From positions 64,001 to 128,000 of the IMG/VR virus record IMGVR_UViG_3300033146_001382: a stretch of DNA of 64,000 bases. One strand, 5' to 3'. Position numbers and translations under genes: made by a program. A model generated the notes under the pieces. It had not been told where the DNA came from, ran no database searches, and saw only the letters and a program-made list of their open reading frames with translations. Each line of letters opens with the position of its first letter. The first letter of the stretch is position 1. This document shows, piece by piece, positions 21,201 through 23,579 of this stretch. This stretch comes from a virus.

Positions 21201-23560
21201 CTGCAAAAGTTAATAATAAGGAAGCTACTACATCATATTATACTCCTACTAGTACTGGTTATAGTCAAGTATCTAAAGAGTACTGGCCCTTTATGAATAA
21301 CAAAGAGCAGATTGAGAAGTTTAATGCGGGTGGTCAACCTAAGAGCTCTTCTACTGAGCAAGAAAAATATAATACTGGTACTATTAATTCTTTACTTAAG
21401 GATGATGAGAAAACCAAGGGGTTAGTAGATGAGGATCAGAATCATATTAAAAAATGGGGGGCAACTACTGCTAAAAAAGTTGGGGATATATTTACTACAG
21501 AGGCTCAAAATTCTGCTGATTTTAGGGGTTTAGATGCTATGTCTAGAAAACAAGATTTTGAGAGGGCCTTAACTGAACAAGGACATGGTAGATCTAGTGT
21601 TTATGAGATATTAAAAAATAATAGTTATATATCTAGAGAGTTACAAAGAAGTTATTTACATACTCCAGATAAACAACGAGGGCTGAATATCTTAAGAGAT
21701 AAGAATTCTGGTGTTACTGGTGGGAGGGTTGCTATTGAGTCATATCGTACACCTGATGAATCTTATAGACCAAAAGGTAAAGATAGTATTAAAACTACTG
21801 TTCATGACCCCTCTGCTTTATACCCTGGCAACGAAACTACAAGGTACCGTAAGTACAAACGTGATATTGATATTAGGGGTAAACAACTTACTAATAAGAT
21901 GGCTACTTTGGACTCAGAGAGTGATTCATATTCTAAGTTGGCCAAGGAATATAAACAAGTTCAAAAAAATTCAAAAGCAGCAGCGACTATATTAGAGGTA
22001 TTAGGAGAAGGAGGTAATATTTATGATGATGCGAGATTACAGCATAGAGTAAAAGATTTTTTACCTGCCTCTGAAACTTGGGGAGTTGGTAAAAATGCAT
22101 TTAAGTTTCAACCTTCTCCTGAAAAAAGGTATACTTCTGATCTAGAAGATGTAAAAAATGCAGCACTTAATGCTAGACAATATCTTGAAGAATCAGTTGG
22201 TGGTGCTAAAGTATCATCTATAAAAACTCTTATGCCTTTATCCAAAAAGTTAGCTAATAAAGGTACTGTTTTACAGGACTACGCTATGCAAGGGGCATCT
22301 AAAAGTGAAGCAGATAAGATTATAGATGAATTTAGCCTTGAAGAGATAAAAAAGTTTCTAGACTCTGGAGATCATAGTTCAGTGTCAAGGGATACTTTAA
22401 GGAAATTAAAACAGAGTATTAATGCGCAGGAGTATAATGTGGGCGGGGTTGCTACTAGATCTATGCCAGTTAAACATTTTGGCGGTGTTATTACTCAGAC
22501 TGGCCCAGTTTTTGCTGAAAAGGGTGAGTACATTATACCTAAAGGGTATAAAGATGGTACTTCTGGGGTGGGGGCACTACCCTCTATGCCAGTAGCTAAA
22601 TCTTTGACTTCTAGTTCTACGGTACTTGATTTGACTGCCCTGTTATCTGATTTAACTAATATAAGACTTAAAGTAGATCCATCAGCATTGAATGGTATAA
22701 GTCTACCAGTAAAAGACACAGTACTAGAAGTAGATAAAACTCCTATTCCTATAGATTCTAGTAGTTTAGATGGGGTAGTACTAAATGTGGATCAGACTCC
22801 AATTACTTTAAATTCTAGTAGTTTAAATGATCTTACTTTATCTGTAGATAAAACTCCTATTCCTATAGATTCTAGTAGTTTAGATGGGGTAGTATTAGAA
22901 GTAGATAAAACTTCTATTCCCATAGATTCTAGTAGTTTAGATGGGGTAGTATTAGAAGTAGATAAAACACCTATATTTGTTGATTCTAGTAGTTTAGATG
23001 GGGTAGTACTAAATGTAGACCAAACACCTATAATAATTGATACGAGCGGGTTATTAGAAAAATTAGCGAGTTTAACATTATCTGTGGATAAAACCCCATT
23101 ACCAATTGATTCTGGTAGTTTGAGCGAATTTAAACTCAACATAGGGGATGCACCTGAAAAATTAGCTGCTGCTATTAATAATAGTTTAAATGCAGCTGTT
23201 GTAAATATCAAGGTTGATTCCTCTGAGGTTGGAGGCTCCGTAGGTGCGGAGAAGTTTAATCAGTTAGCACAAACTGTATCTGATGTAAATGATAAGTTAT
23301 TAAATAGTTCAGTAATTATAGAAGATAGAATTACATTATTAGAGGGTGGTATAGATGTAGTAATAGATAATAGTGTGGAACGTAAACTGGCATCTAAATT
23401 AGTAGGTATAAATGAAGACGTAGCTACTGCTATTAGGGGGGTAGCGTCTTTAACTAATAATGTAACCACTCAAATAGATAGTATAAGAAGAGAGTCAACT
23501 AATGTAAAATATCTAGCACATTTAGCTTTAAATGCTAGAGGTACAGGAAATATAACTTAA
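290..23560 (+). CDS. Giant tail tape measure protein fused to a two-barrel RNA polymerase (beta- and beta-prime-like) and a PD-(D/E)XK nuclease; 7756 aa
   Basis: Uninterrupted 23.3-kb ORF with SD. It contains a TP901-like TMP core, the TMP-type motif GGRIFGEGGPREDKVPAYLSPGEFVIRA, RNAP motifs FED, K-x7-K (GRKFTTRYGSKG) and NLDFDGD, and nuclease motifs GTGIH/GTVDAI/VDIKT/QLNLY. Confidence 0.9.
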   Translation: MGEHIVSHDIKDSRTSSKSGNTQGVSVVELSKTDKASQKKLNDGIKEIRSIIKKQANDTVTSKLLSLIEKLISATNQGSKISSSELKTLLNSIVKNQFKGGQGSQTKATSTASGALKIDTTSIIKLLTDNTNSITSAVIKALESKGISIDDASIKQFHNTMTSTVKDIIPAKLYSIIGELNSTLDGVVKSNQVVVQAFKSMKKLRASGGELGVSEVIPFMRNLEKGFVEVKSLVSKVNGLSSSISAIPKELKGAMDGIKDELSKMKKRTQNRTYSVIKEVSDSPASATQAVVKQVAKELSKVGEKASDPQIKKLITKIDKFSGSLDDFPKFIDALDNFAKAVTNAKSLDPKTIQNILAPLQQVSKFAPKGLKDDVLSSKPYKLLMSQMNKLIEVTKQITIKFNVKTNNLDKQIDKVITKKERSVDITLKSKNSDTVVKELEDISKPREVIITPVIATKKVVQSSVTPSRANSNKNVPQNVLQANKRQLACKEKSNIYSPDEVKQWSNTLNSKVDVLIGSLTKAANSRGAAINDADFVLPPVVESSIIKLIAIIDGISSRRENPSELRKYMDNLSANSRYTPCISTQSKRDIKEVYDVLHSVTTDAFSDIVKASEEVVKNFEKLKKFPDPVTNVTKDTKLSVAKTTEPVKSIQQTKPVKSTEPSKPSKPIKTTKTTKSTESNKDAIDSTAKRNLAQTNGSVIPRKPGANENRGIPSSTQQDIYQYTERNIDPGTTTFTSGADIGVGEKTKQIVLDHVADLSKSLLDLQQYIVTTLDEEFTKVRDKSNKKNWKIVGKTDTNPISDYFKLTEGYNRKKSGKQYSFKIANIKALQGKTGSDLEDPTSLINKFKEDVSKELLNANKFNLAESVGKWLKRFSTSDISNWKGLGTDTSRRLVGIKTKHDLGKGTSPSKGMVKALKGLGNDRLINIFEKTISEIESDRRLSEEKFKRSPLLRTIAIPAARLTSTGATTFDTASGSKRVIPKFATYKTGFENIFESLQKTKSLDIDKSYASKIRKLGIRPSGSNFEEANKLSKSMLIDLSSVKDVVDPDGKKSVNADDVRADLAKKLEASVVIKAGKLAKAKHVNSPEDILSKIDTSIYTEFANGTKTMEEFIAATSAAGVAAYDLVKGMESVEFKNIYQIIKKLLEGSADTSTPLRTLGNNPVYSKNIRDFDSTIGKLIGTIPIAEAARPRRSTHQEKIINLMSMSTPIYREKGAIGLQGTEAEGQKQFLRDLNLNLAEFVSNTKILTTAGMGKDRLPSDVKTFSSLGIPDGQAGTILEYRKDFRHEDSKYLAPLNATNVKLYSDSLAELSPAGAQFTQLGRNTANVNNALAYRSGGVGTDFPSLRSNRESELIAGGRYGTQGYGFNVTAELRNTPNTFEDQIVVSGKLADVLTSITKTIMQPDKLGRLALIGSDGQIADTPEGSVSDIVPQQLVSVIEQANRVFQDVLGIKQEYKGRAEDALIKEVTSVLTTVRGKDVQVQSAKLAEVFFNYYGRKFTTRYGSKGVSITAQGGKEELTGKQLNDLFANKKVKVLNREERATAGLGTAALPKSMGQLVQEIYKEYAQELELSKSDLKLSSQALVNSGNKFMLSMFSDASYGVVSDELDLTEQNSLFEETKKALAKLDLDLAKDIKGIEGLKEFYSNMSGAQLYTEKPIDIRISSHGIAKRGLQGENIEAIMNNVINSGEEEHTSLVTKFSPTAYRHLLGTSTDTSGKFPSLNELSKALGFESQAKGKDRATVVEDMMKLLKSRHIKGSSEELTTQANKLADLEINSNFYSSIRDEFGESRKSLVGSKFVELIEEPHANPAWSETDIKKQVAGQRLNIPAFGAYATVFGEQSKFIKQLTSDVPLEAKKHWEYLKALQVLNTDSSDMVDSLMASAQVVDVSDLRSFTKSTGKFIPASQMVNIDSMSEEEAGRVMNNSILDTAKYPGPMNLQIPNTKDPSKRESFYVPGALARVTYPEPNIAGERGLDVVARRLQSIVNAANKVDSVKGKTGEDGSTKRWDTIARIKAKLNDYRSRVTEIVGPDPQTKNLSSNEVGQLEGILQKLLKVLDQAPADNRMLYSNQKYLSGSTRGEVVRDIYKTRGADQSQAKVYQTTINSAVDQLIGPDGAPNPKMPQFAQRYEPDANLLGAKDALGVTSLSNFALSLDVKPASGEDKLKDALKSLERAKIEYYNTLAKSVLGKTGSVQEFLFNRKLPAVMGKAINATVDKTKDLETFSKELLSISNSSGDIGVDLSSLSEAASTIDEIKISHAKNVEKSKAKGLPVLQQHEIGIPENYAAKLPTSFVKRYDINEGRVKELPKPIFEKSNLAKMLTYREEVKAAMPSTAPDMQTKMKAYLSSELSPYIESLRFPVTGVSSIQPYEAKLLKPNEDGTRQMAKHSLMVPGVPDFDTSKFDTIKVKVEAVIEGLVEDREAEYNKDTPDLSRVDKLTTTISSLDKALFDVLPKYTAAQQNLDFDGDQIQLHAAKKSLARQEITQHFKTITDYDSQKDTTAQALRSDFTYDALIPSTGNYTLAEQQLAFEKKFPSEEGFGFMTKPFLTKDLEYLKPAEQLDILSNYPGTEGAEVTPLTVLDNLLPELFRNAKQMSKIMETLEAVVPGVDDEGKSTYSKDLLTALSNMKSPDGKTNGTQVDVFKEGIKNKLYDTKMTNAINANFFKLNTGQDTEALNRQLKLFERNLGYGGGLIRQGAKYNPTENLAQRFPLDLKSMGNIIGEELHTMVNEFVRFGEQKGLDVKHAGSLPVATEMAQLISQGSSGVKKLIDKINTKGGSYGELADFKDANYKVLNHRLGAMSTEDLYTDATKIASGRGEPTAKLDSSSRDQLKEYIISSIGFEGFLYELSNQVIEGAQEGLKAAISTWSESKKQKEFKGMNEDNYVKSIIRKQLKGGGVNISGTAENPLMPLYKMRTSSASGYGQRKLHMDKYGDPEVPELDGIFEGDEAKAYVSKLKEAKAVAKNIQDALTDFSANKLGNRRGSYNMLLASDIDNIYNDQRIIQELVKSLEGKEDTIESSVADRLSGNSPMSNLAIEALSKPNNTVRKEFLEIKGRAVSVPSIGQESAAISNEEYITTASMLAERDLPMPVQGDTTNKEYAAILIEHEKAVDKLKDKYLADALVIAQTDTILKAAMSRAEEIGFVTRLLPEDARSYNDRRQRVTQAAQESANNANQSTNTNSNLGVDILQRSMPAGGAGTPEGSLVKFSGGPAVDVRIVAVAEGVGIFLGKTAGIAQTTEEQQPRFSISSELEEKIKKAENIVKDITGGLNNAKGDSFANKYRASGLKGGYGNRQISEIKKQMQGFQANEDILDSTSLLGTGIHAKLEGGYQSKGYATEKPVRYDSPEGEISGTVDAIKYENGKAKHIVDIKTTSALNYEDLHRGVARFQEKTGKKTPTLEEIKPYVGKALSSTKLDDVASQLNLYLRATNTNAKASAHFYSREDPDLEPIKLDQFFDADRLKADVTAIGQARKEIKREGGTFAPTASYEEAKIIAKETKPVTPERIEELISIATEYYNSVKQGQHTQKNMPASGGLRDNELYTIGIRAREYQSQSKAFDDMVRATPVVEGKETYNVHQNLTTLHERARITQQKRGVETSGPQFNKFNEEVQSKITEASKKGPAGAEFSALITHLKDTSQIDGSKINAAWKAYRVAVGDYFVKEMAEARRQLTNDSANDDNIVPRFGEYSKVVKNFQRFVKQGIGKKTDIYTANSQYFNPESARGAGVYMDTDDLIKKSSKPLGEDTKLISLFKRITSLEENEVPIPRDAIRDVLEDLMDMDHALISLYTDAELVAKIGPKIKNGWRFDRLKGGLSKMRAALELQLNQPVKELYDEDQIAYLKQVLKELKSLETVYIDLDLDTDSFENTLGEYKFPTLIPVPKQLPRNQQLASHYKNVEGLKSHYRTPEAQGGAKTGDSFVYPIKTYGPSGKLMDNQRFVISKWGETINSAGDSIPVLKSRLDDLNKSLVDGNRTFSVAIERVVKWGAAATLVYGGMSYIKDAVNHMADVETAMARLRMVMNPLTTDFDALQKSALGFAQQYGVETTDVLGSMKVFAQQGLSQGEVQDRTQTSTLAANVTTLSATDATEALTASMKVFRSEGENSMRFLDSWSQVEARAAITAGDLADAIKKSASAGKNAGFTFDELNGMIAAIGSVTRKSGKEIGTSLRFIFRRISADKAPKALKNVGVSTTTDKGELRSGFAVLGDLASEWDNLAQAQKLSIAQAIGGTRQYNQVLVLMDNWDQVVKSLGDSLDAKGSAERRNLQLMKTYTKQLEQTKAVFSALKIEVGKVVLPSFKVAMSGIRGLIEVVNNVPESIKLAGAGIVLFVGYITKGASALNYIINMVDRTKLSFAALKDDFAKGLGQGLFESFGKGSPELDSNLFGLSSLGDSGTRNINDMTSSMGKLAFGVLAAGQAFNKFSGIVVKDTGGASKVVAKYLKTAGKLVSAVGTGALLAPIPGPVDDIIGGATEFAGEALKGTAGTFDFLGDTMGKGAQAWIENFASSNSSAVKSVMPLMATLGGLAAMAPIVSTAFKNLTQTAKDYKDEQLNRLEVDAKEIDSIQGLITSYKDLQSQKQRIAKLSTPEEQAKNIKQGDYKSPVFEEIDSLKTTRKFNASLSGLDSNMVDGFDEFGRVIINNKGNLKEYLEELKRAKTISLALSKIKITSRFTEDLTKTDGNQEWKYQVQQLAKEFPLIGDMLAKGISVGPKKALEVLQTELTQLLDAKAENPMSTAFDQDIKTALTAHSKILKTFASEYSEISKTLSGISISGTTLSDVTNLFNSGDALATFDLQAAYEDKYNIASVKGTVSGKDIAASKILSTQAGGNSSYVEASRLLTENNLFSAGRLPRAPDATGNISVENNDFVTLNKDFAKAHNIATEQAILIIDKNNHTFLQYIDSISGAPKTKKISKWDLARAARGFFPAEAILRKTKADITKLNTFISGASAGLIGISDKGLKKRQFSLGEKFFDQVSTDTLLQSNKGFDITNRTFGEPKYKENQSKDFIKKYYDPLQEYNSLKSRLGGEESTPKDGDRLGSTAKRFKELQDILKNNSVAFQYKAAIEDLSKTLYAGERAIRKNIEAEKSRQTIDKETSGFLQGKTKGISSLNLGVRDYKDLNPQQKASVKFKSYDSVAKSILVQETNLEGLLNNYKELANTYADVKEIKLVSKAFGAVMQPKRHTELLSAMDKVGGDKGTAQLYLKMSELKSPLDDININTAKTVDLLDKDSAKVTKAKNIVNLNLEEANKKKLRGERLNTFKTEFSPGVVIIKNLDMLLTKRDSAAKVGDKATVKMLDSYLTKSYGKLIKTFGVANTVKLAKELYYKDETRSRTSRVLSLGLHGLGTDPTRLTQVIESKKLSDAASVGNKLTKLFSKDHPWKSYIDKRFTNYTPKKTSEAMNLESTYSKKAKSPWFAPKTFEKALLVGNIVTAFKGASLKEKRDTVLDNIVKLQKRKSALSTNDETTKSRIDEEITTNKSLLKRDLDPKIYLNNILKSTARAAFVAYEGADTFKVSATNKENLAVTAGGIFMLMKGLEGKIGKENMPEYFKKFSKKVGPAFTEAATSGDFSKVTSLGSDTKSFLGEFTGSMKEQFKEFKDGSKSSGTVKDDRSDSEKLRELSKLKKSEQALADLKKQLSAGNTGALRSIEAALYAFGGVATLGWKASKGETAAKIKDDKKLAEAQSKAMLEYTIKNASEVDNYILNNEKSKKEKKSNIAAKPAGKPDDIIMDTNKNFIDIVETLKASGGSYLEVIKKLQDVLGNDKSFANLIVDVTRIQSSLENFRGELIKTFSTFDDKRILAPIRSLNGKLTGFGGDIQLPVSEREMSPQQRFYAGGSKELQSIFTLMSKAAMVQETNLRAIGSVRSEISTITQNLSKSTESGASEKDIVYWEEELLRLNAILNKLKQDTGKLNEQTQTLSTTMRAANKYANAIYKLNDALEDITVDHIVSGLTGLKTYFKSFNKLMGGSDSLAVQPITPEQQRMGTKVGVPLEFNISTNKDIEKAQLRTELKNASDTKSKAAAQRKINDLEEKYRRLELEQSQKEENSRLTSNMRPYTDFYKEITRLQVSGGLNDKQISDIEEVKVIINKAIGGATKPIPIEDAIKRLKTNEDSMGNTQFKMAMNELLKFKETGTEFVYQGVADSNELQDAINRLRIAYEDELKTIAADNGETTISTALRDEVADPIVGVINLSNKLLEELVTEFVGQTATDMVLKEFEKKQVVPSYLKAVSSSKELSTSPKSKVFRNSFTTPADELKPLPSVIDTDFNKVFNDKKFLAQSPVERTEYNNRGATPNMFEKIEGFINPNKTIKTYEKPSIMENVYIPSSTQDNIETNEMANGILISKSQDISTMSGNPQKIITDQETKDILKEIAVNSKAVDKEQPKEALKKAIGGRIFGEGGPREDKVPAYLSPGEFVIRAASAQQIGYQNLDVMNKKGRVPLKFKDGGLTPELIGKAHTYFTDPDAEAPIPTFDSKNEEKFNSKLTKKYLDLYRSLLPEEARENESIKLASTFRGFYNTLIDLNEAEVFSDDELFAVDASMMLNKFKEMQSNKGILGFMQRSLSKKTGATAGARALTGLDKVDLLKEINTYADGGKAISTITGKPIPTAEEKEVGMSKMREALGFVASVAHPYTSIPTSIYGMYQGFKESGFNMKSMVEGAGILEIMNFIPQAKKLGKVGKFLSKGVGKYVDNAGDINDYFNITGKLTKAPETYKVTKPIHRDFGPLSASFKDGGSVLSEEKQNEHDALYSRFPSNTESNYNSKSTVNLNKVRSFIGDSTGVAEVDASLFNKRLNTSIGSRRSVARLLKDSYMAPDKNNEVMNTDVLKLTAKSNSKLMNNKVRNFIGDSTGAVEVDDTLFNRRLNSSDDLQSVADLLKNNYNKIDTNNEKLNTDVLKLTEEPTKPLNIKNLHAKYPKSNSRLLANNKEATTSYHIPMGDGSSEISTNDWPPSQNLLDLIRNNWSSSAKVNNKEATTSYYTPTSTGYSQVSKEYWPFMNNKEQIEKFNAGGQPKSSSTEQEKYNTGTINSLLKDDEKTKGLVDEDQNHIKKWGATTAKKVGDIFTTEAQNSADFRGLDAMSRKQDFERALTEQGHGRSSVYEILKNNSYISRELQRSYLHTPDKQRGLNILRDKNSGVTGGRVAIESYRTPDESYRPKGKDSIKTTVHDPSALYPGNETTRYRKYKRDIDIRGKQLTNKMATLDSESDSYSKLAKEYKQVQKNSKAAATILEVLGEGGNIYDDARLQHRVKDFLPASETWGVGKNAFKFQPSPEKRYTSDLEDVKNAALNARQYLEESVGGAKVSSIKTLMPLSKKLANKGTVLQDYAMQGASKSEADKIIDEFSLEEIKKFLDSGDHSSVSRDTLRKLKQSINAQEYNVGGVATRSMPVKHFGGVITQTGPVFAEKGEYIIPKGYKDGTSGVGALPSMPVAKSLTSSSTVLDLTALLSDLTNIRLKVDPSALNGISLPVKDTVLEVDKTPIPIDSSSLDGVVLNVDQTPITLNSSSLNDLTLSVDKTPIPIDSSSLDGVVLEVDKTSIPIDSSSLDGVVLEVDKTPIFVDSSSLDGVVLNVDQTPIIIDTSGLLEKLASLTLSVDKTPLPIDSGSLSEFKLNIGDAPEKLAAAINNSLNAAVVNIKVDSSEVGGSVGAEKFNQLAQTVSDVNDKLLNSSVIIEDRITLLEGGIDVVIDNSVERKLASKLVGINEDVATAIRGVASLTNNVTTQIDSIRRESTNVKYLAHLALNARGTGNIT
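4382..5809 (+). other. RNA polymerase beta (RpoB/Rpb2)-like region within the TMP
   Basis: Collinear matches to RpoB: GYGFNVTAELRNTPNTFEDQIVVS (4382-4453, cf. G.N..VA...GYNFEDSI.VS), GRKFTTRYGSKGVS (4778-4819, cf. GDKMAGRHGNKGVIS), PIDIRISSHGIAKRGLQGENIE (5264-5329, cf. [22 protein letters not shown]), LVGSKFVELI (cf. VGYMYMLKL) and GQRLNIPAFGAYATVFG (5759-5809, cf. GQRFGEMEVWALEAYG). Confidence 0.85.
6143..7711 (+). other. RNA polymerase beta-prime (RpoC/Rpb1)-like catalytic region within the TMP
   Basis: Collinear matches to RpoC: VLGKTGSVQEFLFNRKLPAVMGKAI (6851-6925, cf. [25 protein letters not shown]), HEIGIPENYAAKL (7121-7159, cf. HQCGLPKKMALEL), LRFPVTGVSSIQPYEAKL (7361-7414, cf. NRAPTLHRLGIQAFEP) and AAQQNLDFDGDQIQLH (7664-7711, cf. 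AAYNADFDGDQMAVH). Confidence 0.9.
10130..10710 (+). other. PD-(D/E)XK (RecB/Cas4-like) nuclease domain within the TMP
   Basis: LLGTGIHAKLE (GTGIH at 10253-10267), ISGTVDAI (GTVDAI at 10352-10369), IVDIKT (VDIKT at 10400-10414) and SQLNLY (10556-10573) occur in the canonical order. Confidence 0.8.
12215..13200 (+). other. TP901-family phage tail tape measure core domain
   Basis: RTFSVAIERVVKWGAAATLVYG...DVETAMARLRMV...FAQQG...ANVTTLSATDATEALTA...LDSWSQVEAR...DLADAIKKSASAGK...DELNGMIAAIGSVTRKSGKEIGTSLRFIFRRI matches the well-known TMP repeat core. Confidence 0.9.
20612..21001 (+). repeat. Two diverged about 60-aa repeats (210-nt period) in the TMP C-terminal region
   Basis: NKVRSFIGDSTGVAEVDASLFNKRLN...NTDVLKLT (20612-20794) vs NKVRNFIGDSTGAVEVDDTLFNRRLN...NTDVLKLT (20822-21001). 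Confidence 0.9.
21077..21290 (+). repeat. Two-copy repeat with 135-nt period, NNKEATTSY...WP
   Basis: AATAATAAGGAAGCTACTACATCATAT is identical at 21077 and 21212; the downstream S-x-[IV]-S-x3-W-P pattern is conserved. Confidence 0.85.
22721..23131 (+). repeat. Seven tandem 19-aa (57-nt) repeats, consensus VLEVDKTPIPIDSSSLDGV
   Basis: Units start at 22721, 22778, 22835, 22892, 22949, 23006 (23 aa) and 23075. The nucleotide block gattctagtagtttagatggggtagt recurs. Confidence 0.95.
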
Positions 23561-23579
23561 AAAAGGAATATGTATATAT

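Noticed and set aside
21711-21995. 94-aa plus-strand ORF in an alternative frame of the TMP gene
   Set aside because: Fully nested, no SD, no recognisable domain.
22721-23131. 57-nt repeats as a possible CRISPR array
   Set aside because: Contiguous in-frame coding units with no unique spacers, a period divisible by 3 and no cas genes.
1447-23469. Many minus-strand ORFs of 60-204 aa inside the TMP gene (e.g. 2698-3312, 14536-15129, 22792-23211)
   Set aside because: They are antisense shadows of a long coding frame, with no SD, Ser/Leu-rich composition and no motifs; 22792-23211 only mirrors the 57-nt repeat.
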